Sequence record: OQ031493.1
Direction: 5' to 3' (one strand)
DNA length: 64,000 nt
Shown: positions 45,123 to 53,349 of the stretch, piece by piece
Position numbering within the stretch: the first letter of the stretch is position 1
How the letters are laid out: each line of letters opens with the position of its first letter
Notes under the pieces: generated by a model
The model's database searches: none
Seen by the model: the letters and a program-made list of their open reading frames with translations, nothing else
What the model was told of the DNA's origin: nothing
Program-made: the position numbers and the translations under genes

Positions 45123-45187
45123 TATTTCCACTCCCATAGTTTATAAGCTATAACTACAATTGTAATCATAATCAATTTTTTCTTCAT
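45122..45187 (-). CDS. 21-aa single-helix membrane peptide
   Basis: MKKKLIMITIVVIAYKLWEWK*; TAGGG SD; first ORF after the promoter; stop overlaps the next start. Confidence 0.55.
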   Translation of the reverse strand: MKKKLIMITIVVIAYKLWEWK

Positions 45188-45216
45188 TGTAAATACCCTA
45201 TAGTTTTATCACATTT

Positions 45217-45236
45217 GTGATATACTGTTTAAAATG
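45217..45236 (-). promoter_or_regulatory. phiKZ-type early promoter
   Basis: - strand CATTTTAAACAGTATATCAC, 19/20 identical to 7491-7510. Confidence 0.7.
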
Positions 45237-45253
45237 CTTTAAATACAAAAAAT

Positions 45254-45291
45254 AAAAAAAAAGCATAATCCCTCCCAACTAAGGGAGGGAT
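45254..45291 (-). terminator. intrinsic terminator
   Basis: ATCCCTCCC/GGGAGGGAT followed by TATGCTTTTTTTT on the - strand. Confidence 0.75.
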
Positions 45292-45306
45292 CATTTATGC
45301 CATTTA

Positions 45307-46845
45307 CTATAAACGCATCATGCGCATACTTTTAGTTTTACCCATGAAATGATTTTCTTTATTTCTAGCGTATCTGCAATGATGAGGTATGTTATTACAA
45401 ACCATGAATGTTAACCTTGGTATTACATCAGGCCAGTTCTTCAATGGTCTTAGTCGTCCAAGAATTTGGATGCTGTCCTTTTTAGAGTCAGTTGCTTGTA
45501 ATAGAATAACTTCCCTTAAATTCCTAATATCAACACCAGTACCAGATGATTTAATAGTTGATACAGTGATATCATTAGTCATTAATCTATCATACGGACT
45601 ACCCGAAACATGTCTATTAATCTGAAGATCTGGATATTGTTTCTTAAGATAAGCTGTCAGTACATCGATAAAGTTTACAGTCGCGCATAATAGCAAACAT
45701 TTCTGACCTTCAATACGATCCTTTATATAAACGCCATCTACAATACGTTTAACCATCTTTAAATAGAAGTCTAGTCGCCTAGGATTCTTCATCATTACTG
45801 TTTCATAACGAGCATGGTTATATGTATTTTTAAATGGAGTTAAATAGTCCTTAGGTTTAATAGTTGGTTCACTATATAACAAGCCAATAACATTGATGTA
45901 TGAGTCATATGCAGGTAACCTACACTTTGTAGTGGCAGGTAGCATGACATCAATCATTTTAGTAACAAACTGATTACCAGTGTATGGAGTAGCTGATAAA
46001 TAGATTTGTTTATTGACATTGGTATATAGATCAGTACGAAATACTAATCCTGGATCTTCTTGAATCTCATCATTGATCTGCCAACCTGCTCCAATAACCT
46101 CATGGAATCTAGGTGGTGGTACATTAAATCCAACTACATCGATTTTTTCACCTAATCGTTCAAAAGTATCGATATATGCACGGTATGTTGTAGAACTAAT
46201 GAGAATAATTTCAACACCCTCTAAATCATTCTCTAGTCCGCGATTAATTAGATTCTGTAACTCAGCAGATCCAGATACTTTTAAATATTTTATACCTAGC
46301 TGATCTTCATAACCAACAAATGTTTCTTTTAATGCTTTCTCCCAAATACCGAAATATTTAGGTGGAATCATAACAACACCACGTTCTTTCATTACTGCAA
46401 CTGAAGCTAAACTAGTTAAGGTTTTACCTTTACCAGTCTGTAAATCAACACGTGCTGAATGTAAATGTGGTCTTAGAATATCTTCGCGGATGGTTTCCTG
46501 ATAATCCCTTAGAACATAATGTTCAAATAAAGTATAGTCTACTTTAACAGCTGTTGGTACAGGAATATCTACAATTTCAATTCTAGTAGATGGTATATTC
46601 TTATCGGCTAGATAATTAATAAGTTCTTGAAGACATTCACGATGGATGAATACAGATTTACCATCTTCTGTTTCACCATAATATTTTTTCTTTATTTCCA
46701 TTATGGTGCGTTGACCAGGTATCTTCTTAGGTTCTTTTAAAACCAGTTTATTAAGATATCCAGTCATCTTTAAGTATGTTTCCCGATCGTAACCGGATAA
46801 ACGAACACCATGGGTGTATCGTTCTGCTGTAAGAATCGGTTTCAT
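45307..46845 (-). CDS. superfamily-2 helicase, gp75-like
   Basis: Walker A LQTGKGKT, DEIQ, LSATP, QILGRLR; start moved to MKPILT. Confidence 0.9.
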   Translation of the reverse strand: MKPILTAERYTHGVRLSGYDRETYLKMTGYLNKLVLKEPKKIPGQRTIMEIKKKYYGETEDGKSVFIHRECLQELINYLADKNIPSTRIEIVDIPVPTAVKVDYTLFEHYVLRDYQETIREDILRPHLHSARVDLQTGKGKTLTSLASVAVMKERGVVMIPPKYFGIWEKALKETFVGYEDQLGIKYLKVSGSAELQNLINRGLENDLEGVEIILISSTTYRAYIDTFERLGEKIDVVGFNVPPPRFHEVIGAGWQINDEIQEDPGLVFRTDLYTNVNKQIYLSATPYTGNQFVTKMIDVMLPATTKCRLPAYDSYINVIGLLYSEPTIKPKDYLTPFKNTYNHARYETVMMKNPRRLDFYLKMVKRIVDGVYIKDRIEGQKCLLLCATVNFIDVLTAYLKKQYPDLQINRHVSGSPYDRLMTNDITVSTIKSSGTGVDIRNLREVILLQATDSKKDSIQILGRLRPLKNWPDVIPRLTFMVCNNIPHHCRYARNKENHFMGKTKSMRMMRL

Positions 46846-46903
46846 AAAAAAATCAACGATCGGTAAGGGGAGCAGTGCTCCCCAAACCTCACGTCCTCCA
46901 CGT

Positions 46904-48937
46904 CTATCGCAGTTTACCACCTTTAACTAGTAAGTCATATGGATGGTCATTCCTCATCTTGTTAAGGAAACTGCCTGGGTTATTTAGTGGCTCATGCTGC
47001 TTTTCGAAAGCCATCGCACCACCTAAACTACGACATTGCATTAGCCTATTATATTTTTCAAATTGGCCATTAATACCGGGTTTAGGTAAGCGATAGTCTC
47101 GATATTGAGCTGAACGGATCATCATAGCGTATATCAAGATCTCACAATGGGAAATATTAAGGCTAATCTTTTCATTAGCCATTGTTGCAAATACAGGTAG
47201 TGCTTCAATTGGTGACTTGTAGTTTTTAAGATACGTTTTAGACGTATATCCAACTTTCTCAGTGCTTAGTTTACCTGCCTCGGCTGAGTCACTACCGGAA
47301 TGTAAGAAACTTTGGAATCGTTTCATTACTTCATACATGTTTACGTGCTTATTTGGTAGCGTTAAGAATGGTAGGTTAAAATCAAAACCACGAAGACTAA
47401 TGACGATATTGTCTCGCTGATCTAGTTCCCAACGGACCATCTTAATATGCTTTAGCATTTCAATAGATAGACTAGCCCTACGGTTATACAGCGACACAGT
47501 CAGAACATCACCACATTCACCATTCACCTCATCATCATAGACTAGGGCCAGGCTGGTTAGTTCAGTAGCTGAAGTAGCTGGATATGCAGTAAGGTCATCA
47601 ATCATTAAAATGTCAGCAAGGTTTTCTGCCTCTGACCGTGCGATTACTAAACGATAATCCTTCTGAGTAAGTTCTTTCTTTAGATATAGTGTCTCTGGGA
47701 TTTCACCTGTTCTTAAATAATTACTTTCAATTTTGCCAAGTTTATATTGTTCTACAGCAGAAGACGCATCGGTGTGTTTAGTAGACAATACTGCTGAAGT
47801 AATTTTGTCACCCATCGATACGGCAGCAACCTGACCGATATTAGTTCCTTTTGGAATATTGATACCTAGTCGGCCATAACAAGTCATACAGATACCCTGA
47901 CTATCTGGATGATTACATCCAAATACAGACCTGAATTTCTGTTTAGTTCCAATTAGGTGTGTTTCATTTCCACGGATCCAGTCTAGTTTACCATCTTCTT
48001 TTTGATAATATTTTCCTTTGAATGCTTTTAAAGTTAACTTAGTTACAGGATACTCAGCTAAGATTGTGGTCTTACAATCACCAGGATGTAGCCTTTGGAC
48101 ATATTGTGCAATAAGCTGAGATTTCCGGTTAAAGTATTCAGTTACTCGCAGTAGTTCTTTGTTATATAGTAGCGCTTTAGTACCTGAACGAGATTCAATC
48201 ATATTCTCATACAGATTCCAAATACCATCAATATAACCAGTTGTTACCGGATATTTAAAGATATCTGAGTTAATGTCAGTTGGAAAGCCCCGCCAAGCAA
48301 ATGCTTGTAGAAGCTGTTCAGTTTTCTGAGTACCAGAACGAAGACCTTCAATGATGCTGTTACCAATGAATTGGGTAGGATCATTAAATACTTCTTTGAC
48401 TTTACCATAACTAATTTTTTCGATACCATAAGTAGTTGGTTCGATATTATGGTTAGCCTCACGTACCTTGGGATGATTATATACTTCAGCAATATCAAAC
48501 ATCGACAAGGTTGCTAGATATTCAGATAGTTTCACAGTGGTCTGATTATACAGCCAGTTCTTACCTTCAATAGCCAGTTTAGATAGTACTTCAGGATCTA
48601 CTGTTTCACCTGACCAATCATAGATGTTCCAAATAGCCTTATTTAAATGCTTAACCATGGCCTTAGATGTTACTCGGCCACCTTCAACATTTAGATAATC
48701 TTTAGGGTTATCAGTTAAGATGCGATTGAAATCGATATGGTGATCAGATGGAATTGGGCAATCTTTATAATGTTTAAGAGGATACCAACACAGAACGGAT
48801 AATTTGGTAATACGGTCAACTGACACAACCGTTTTACCATCATCAAATTCGATTAGATGCCATTCTGAAGGGAGTGACCATAAATCATCATAACTTAGAT
48901 TTAGAAGATCACGCGCTTTATAACGATTAAGATTCAT
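46904..48937 (-). CDS. non-virion RNA polymerase beta'-like C-terminal subunit, gp74-like
   Basis: CKTT...CNHP...GICMTCYGRL Zn site; NIGQVAAVSMGDKITSAVLSTKHT. Confidence 0.9.
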   Translation of the reverse strand: MNLNRYKARDLLNLSYDDLWSLPSEWHLIEFDDGKTVVSVDRITKLSVLCWYPLKHYKDCPIPSDHHIDFNRILTDNPKDYLNVEGGRVTSKAMVKHLNKAIWNIYDWSGETVDPEVLSKLAIEGKNWLYNQTTVKLSEYLATLSMFDIAEVYNHPKVREANHNIEPTTYGIEKISYGKVKEVFNDPTQFIGNSIIEGLRSGTQKTEQLLQAFAWRGFPTDINSDIFKYPVTTGYIDGIWNLYENMIESRSGTKALLYNKELLRVTEYFNRKSQLIAQYVQRLHPGDCKTTILAEYPVTKLTLKAFKGKYYQKEDGKLDWIRGNETHLIGTKQKFRSVFGCNHPDSQGICMTCYGRLGINIPKGTNIGQVAAVSMGDKITSAVLSTKHTDASSAVEQYKLGKIESNYLRTGEIPETLYLKKELTQKDYRLVIARSEAENLADILMIDDLTAYPATSATELTSLALVYDDEVNGECGDVLTVSLYNRRASLSIEMLKHIKMVRWELDQRDNIVISLRGFDFNLPFLTLPNKHVNMYEVMKRFQSFLHSGSDSAEAGKLSTEKVGYTSKTYLKNYKSPIEALPVFATMANEKISLNISHCEILIYAMMIRSAQYRDYRLPKPGINGQFEKYNRLMQCRSLGGAMAFEKQHEPLNNPGSFLNKMRNDHPYDLLVKGGKLR

Positions 48938-48967
48938 TATTTACCTCTTGTATTATTAAACCCCTGA

Positions 48968-49891
48968 TCAATGATCAGGGGCATATTCTAATGCAATACC
49001 ACTACATTCAAGCAGGTGATCAAACATAGCTACTGGGCGAGATCCACCAAATGGAATCTTTTCACGATCAACTGCAACTGGTACAGATGAAGGTTTTTCT
49101 GCTGTTAGCCAAGACTCGATAACCGCAGCATGCGCCAATGGGTTATTAGTTTGGTCTAAGATTTCAGCAGTCGGACCTGGACCAACTGTACAGTTATATG
49201 ACCGAGTTTCAGATTCACCGAATGACCGGATAGCTGTTTCTCGACCAGGTGTGCTAGCCCTATCAGCATTGTTTAACTTAGAAGGTAGACCAAATGGTTG
49301 TGTTTTTACAGATGCTGCTGCTGACCAGTCTTCACCAATCTTTTCTAGTAGCATCATGTAAAGTGGACCCATTAAGACATTATCTTTAGTTGTTACCCAC
49401 TTACCAGCTTGATCTCGATAAGATACCTTCCCATAGTGTGGTCGATACTTATCGCTATTAATTAATTTGTTGACTGCTGCCATTAGATCCACTGGATCAT
49501 CAACTGGTGCGTAGATATATGGGAATCCATCCATTAGTACTGTTTTAACATGTTCTGCTGGATTTGGGTGTTCCATCATTTTACTATGCATTGTTGGAGC
49601 AATGATCTCATAGAAACCTAATAGTTCTTTAAATGCATAATCAACCCATTGCGTATTACCCATTACACTATTTAGTTGTTGCTGAGTTGGTTTGGCATGT
49701 CGATCTAGTCCAGCTTCAACGCGTAGGCGTTGAGCTAGATCTCGTGCAGCTGCGCCAAAACCATGTTCATAAATTCGACCATAATTTGAACGACGCATGG
49801 TTGAACCACCAAAGATAATTAGATCTGCCCTATTACCATTTTCGTCAATAGGCATATCTTCATCTTCCATTACCTTACAGATGACGCCCTT
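48968..49891 (-). CDS. nvRNAP beta-like C-terminal subunit, exon 2 (gp73-like)
   Basis: Begins KGVICKVMEDEDMP immediately after the intron's terminal G; GPLYMMLLEK and RSFGESE motifs. Confidence 0.9.
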   Translation of the reverse strand, partial: KGVICKVMEDEDMPIDENGNRADLIIFGGSTMRRSNYGRIYEHGFGAAARDLAQRLRVEAGLDRHAKPTQQQLNSVMGNTQWVDYAFKELLGFYEIIAPTMHSKMMEHPNPAEHVKTVLMDGFPYIYAPVDDPVDLMAAVNKLINSDKYRPHYGKVSYRDQAGKWVTTKDNVLMGPLYMMLLEKIGEDWSAAASVKTQPFGLPSKLNNADRASTPGRETAIRSFGESETRSYNCTVGPGPTAEILDQTNNPLAHAAVIESWLTAEKPSSVPVAVDREKIPFGGSRPVAMFDHLLECSGIALEYAPDH

Positions 49892-50198
49892 CGTTATGTT
49901 CAGGTAAGTTCGCTACGCTTACCCCGCCTCTCGTATTGCAGGCAGCTGCATGTCACCATGCAGACCAGACTATATCTTAACCTTCACCCTAGGTGGTCAG
50001 GTCCCTCCCATTTCCACTCGCTTGAGTGTACTCCGCGTAACCGGATAGTCGTTGAACGTTCAATCCATTTCTGGAAAGCTTCGCTGCTGATTGTCTCATT
50101 GAGATGTCCCAGCAATTAGAGAGGATTTACTTGACTCTTTCGAGATCAAGCAGGCAATTTGACAATATCCATTCCTGAGAGATGGATGGATATTAATT
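49892..50198 (-). mobile_element. group I self-splicing intron, 307 nt, no homing-endonuclease ORF
   Basis: P1 GGU|AAUU/AAUUGCC with U.G at the 5' splice site; P AAUUGCUGGGAC, Q AAUCAGCAG, R UUCAACGACUAU, S AAGAUAUAGUCU; ends CUGAACAUAACG. Confidence 0.93.
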
Positions 50199-51377
50199 AC
50201 CACCATGAAAATCAGTCATCTTGAAAGCACCAGCAGGCATCTTTTGGGCTTTGTAAGTTACCTCAACACGCCATTCATCTAGTGGGTCTAGTCGATAGAA
50301 TCGAGATAGTTTACGGACATTATCAGGTTGAGGTAGGAACATCTGTGCGGTTACAATAAGACGTTCAAATTCCTCAGTGATATGTAGATCATCTTTACGA
50401 CGTGCTAATAGACCACGATAGATCTTTAATAGTTCTCGATAATAACTGCTAAGATGAGTATGATATTTAACTAGTTGTGCATCCATTCCTGTTGGAGTAG
50501 GGGATGGATTTACACGCTCATCACGCCAAATATCAATATCAATAACCTTCGCACCAGGTGTGCCAATAACAGCTCTATCGAAAGTTCTATCTAGTGTACG
50601 AAGTGCCCTAGGAGTCATCTCGGCAGGAGCTAGATCATCATCATGGTCACGGATGGCGAAGATTACACCATCTGGTCGGATAACATCGCCAATGTCTGGG
50701 AATGGTTTATAGACCTTATCATCGCCATACATGTTTAAGAAGAAAGCTTTCCTACCAGCATTAGCTACAGCCGTGCTATAACTAGTTGGCATCATCCTTT
50801 TAAGGAAATTCTTATTAGCTACGAATCCATCTTCAATGGTACCAGCGGCAGATAGGAATACAACATTAGCATTAACACCCATCCCTAAAGTACCGTCTTT
50901 CTTAACTGCACCAGACTGTGCAATCACTGTGTCTTTAGAGAACATTTCATTTGGGGCAATGGTTTCCCACACTTCTCGATTCTTTACAAGTTCATAACCA
51001 AAGTCTTGGTGATGACTCATGTACTCGGGAACATGTAAGACACCAATGGTTTTATATTTGTCAAAATAGTTTTCGTAGATAATGGTTGTTACCGGGTTAG
51101 ATCTAATACTGTCTTTACCAATACCCGTTGGATATTTTCTAAGAACATGTAGTACACGACAATCCTCAGGAAAACGAATATCATGTGTATACTTGGCATA
51201 CTCTAATTCAGCACCCGTTAGGAAATAACGCGATTCATTTCCATTTACTTCTGGTGCCTGGCCAATATGTGTTACAAACATAGCACCCCGTGCAGATGAG
51301 GTAGTGCCATACCAAGGATCTAAACCAGTATGCCCTAATAGGGTTAGATCAATTTCACGTTTACCTAGTTCAGCCAT
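50199..51377 (-). CDS. nvRNAP beta-like C-terminal subunit, exon 1 (gp71-like)
   Basis: SSARGAMFVTHIGQA, EDGFVAN, KMTDFHGG; splicing restores HGGKGV (cf. RpoB HGNKGV); spliced product 700 aa from MAELG. Confidence 0.9.
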
Positions 51378-51489
51378 TTTGTTTATCACCATTAATTAGA
51401 CAAGATGCAGTACTACTATATTTCTTATTTGCGCTGTTTTTAGATATAGCCTTTTGTAAGACTTCAATGTCTGGTATCACCAATCTCAT
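51370..51489 (-). CDS. short upstream ORF (36-39 aa) overlapping the nvRNAP start
   Basis: AGGAGGT SD with in-frame ATG/TTG/GTG; reads MRLVIPDIEVLQKAISKNSANKKYSSTASCLINGDKQNG*. Confidence 0.35.
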   Translation of the reverse strand: MRLVIPDIEVLQKAISKNSANKKYSSTASCLINGDKQNG

Positions 51490-51515
51490 ACCTCCTGTTT
51501 ACTAATTACAAATCA

Positions 51516-51533
51516 ATGATATAGATCTTAAAT
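51516..51533 (-). promoter_or_regulatory. early-type promoter for the nvRNAP operon
   Basis: - strand ATTTAAGATCTATATCAT, same spacing as the TT.AA....TATATYAC family. Confidence 0.5.
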
Positions 51534-51541
51534 AAAATTTA

Positions 51542-51916
51542 TTGGAATTTGTTATGGCATTCACACTGTTAGCTAATCAGCCAGATTCAGGTGAATCTGT
51601 TTATTATGAACCAGGGTTCAGATTAATTATTGAGACTCATTTGAATATCTTACGTAATGTCAGATCCACACGTATTCAAATTCCACCTGAACTGTATTAC
51701 CAGTTCGAAGGAAACTTTTATGGATACATGGCAGAACGCCGTGTCAATCCTGATATGTGGTGGATTCAAATGCGTGTTAATGGTTTAGTTAGCCCTTATG
51801 ATTTTGGTAAAGTTCTAAGGGATCCTTCAGCTAATGATTACACCAGCTATTTAATCATACCGAATAACGACATGATTCAACACCTCGTTAGCCTATATCA
51901 AACTAAAAAGTTTTAA
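51542..51916 (+). CDS. conserved protein, possible baseplate-wedge/LysM-like small subunit
   Basis: FEGNFYGYM...MWWIQMRVNGL resembles gp53/tail-X-type proteins (inference). Confidence 0.55.
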   Translation: MEFVMAFTLLANQPDSGESVYYEPGFRLIIETHLNILRNVRSTRIQIPPELYYQFEGNFYGYMAERRVNPDMWWIQMRVNGLVSPYDFGKVLRDPSANDYTSYLIIPNNDMIQHLVSLYQTKKF

Positions 51917-51922
51917 AGCAAG

Positions 51923-51956
51923 CCAGGGGACCCTTAGGCCCCCTGGTTTATGCCGT
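51923..51956. terminator. bidirectional terminator
   Basis: CCAGGGG/CCCCTGG plus TTTATGCCGT between convergent genes. Confidence 0.7.
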
Positions 51957-51957
51957 G

Positions 51958-53349
51958 TTACAGTAGACGCCCCATCATTTGGTTTCCACCTAGATTCATC
52001 ATCGCGGTGTTACCATTACCAGCTAGAGCGGGGTTTAGTGCTTGTGCAAATCCACCACCCATCGGCATTTGATTGCCCATGAGTTGCATCATTTGCGGAT
52101 GCATATTAGCCATCATTGGTTGCTGTGGCTGCATCATCCCAGGCATTGCAAAGTTATTGTTCATCATAACAGGTTGTTGCATCATTCCGGGTTGAGCAAA
52201 TTGGTTTTTCTGCCCAGCGTTTAGAAGATCTTGGATAGATGCTTTATTGCTAGTTTGAACTTGTTGTGCGGGACGTTGAGGTGCCTGAGTCATTGCTACA
52301 GCTTGACTCATAGATGGATTAACATTCACAGTTGTGCCTACTGGTACACGTGTAGAAGTAGTTTGTTCTTTAGCAGTATTACCCACTTTAACTACACTAT
52401 CCTTTTTCTGGACAGGAATTTGGGCAACTGGGTTTACAGTTTCAGAAGCTTCTTCTTCTACTTCATTGCTGACTCCTTCATTACCATCAAGAGAGGGGAT
52501 CTCACGTTGCATCTTTGCAAAATCAGCAATCACCTTCTCATCAACTTTTGAATAAGGTTGAATAGCATCATCGAAGATCAGGCGATACTTATCAATAACA
52601 CTATTTAGTTGAGTAGTGATTTTGTTAAATGCCTGGATAAGACATACAAAATAAGGTGCTACCCGCTCAACTGTTCCTGCTGAATATTCAGTTGGTGAAT
52701 CACCAAATGGTACAACTAGTTTAAATAGTTCGATTAGAACTGGCCGCTGTTTCTTAGGTACATTTACTCCAAGGATATCATCTTTAGAATAAAGATCCTC
52801 TACGATAGGGAACCGAATAACGCAGATACGGTTAACTGTCTTCCCATCAAATTTACCATTTGCTTTTAGATACACGCTTACAAAACGTGAACGTTTTTCA
52901 GCAGCTTTGACAACCTTATTAAACCACTCAATGGTATCTGGCTTAGCACCGGATAGTTTCTTTAGGAAGTCTGAACATTCTGGTGGAATGTCTTTATGCA
53001 GAGTGGAGTCGGCAGCTACTTCTAAAATACGTGAAGTAAGATACTTCACAGTAAACATTAGATTAGCCTTAACTTGACGCTGCATATGCTGTAGTACTTG
53101 AGAAGTACCTAGCCGAGAGATCTTTTCAGATAGCGGGTGGAAGGCGATGTAATCATCGCCTAGCCCTTTACGAAGCCAATCTTTAGTAGGTACCACTAGT
53201 CGCTTACCATCTACCTTTGCAGGTGCAGGTCGACCAAGTGGATCGAGAATACTGATCATATCCTCTTCACCTACTTTGTATCGGAAAGCAGGTAATACTT
53301 GATCACTATAGAACTTGGAAAGAGAAATCGTAGGCATTGTTATCACCAA
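51958..53349 (-). CDS. gp70-like protein with Q/M/N/P/G-rich low-complexity C-terminus
   Basis: 463 aa (likely start MPTISL at 53337); folded N-terminus plus a long low-complexity tail. Confidence 0.75.
   Translation of the reverse strand: MVITMPTISLSKFYSDQVLPAFRYKVGEEDMISILDPLGRPAPAKVDGKRLVVPTKDWLRKGLGDDYIAFHPLSEKISRLGTSQVLQHMQRQVKANLMFTVKYLTSRILEVAADSTLHKDIPPECSDFLKKLSGAKPDTIEWFNKVVKAAEKRSRFVSVYLKANGKFDGKTVNRICVIRFPIVEDLYSKDDILGVNVPKKQRPVLIELFKLVVPFGDSPTEYSAGTVERVAPYFVCLIQAFNKITTQLNSVIDKYRLIFDDAIQPYSKVDEKVIADFAKMQREIPSLDGNEGVSNEVEEEASETVNPVAQIPVQKKDSVVKVGNTAKEQTTSTRVPVGTTVNVNPSMSQAVAMTQAPQRPAQQVQTSNKASIQDLLNAGQKNQFAQPGMMQQPVMMNNNFAMPGMMQPQQPMMANMHPQMMQLMGNQMPMGGGFAQALNPALAGNGNTAMMNLGGNQMMGRLL

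Noticed and set aside
50193-50198. Apparent C-terminus ...HGGN* of the gp71-like ORF and a separate gene starting MEDEDMP at 49870
   Set aside because: Artefact of the intron; splicing restores the conserved HGGKGV motif.
49892-50198. Homing endonuclease within the intron
   Set aside because: The 307 nt are taken up by the ribozyme core and the ORF track shows no frame of 60 aa or more; no HNH, GIY-YIG or LAGLIDADG motif.
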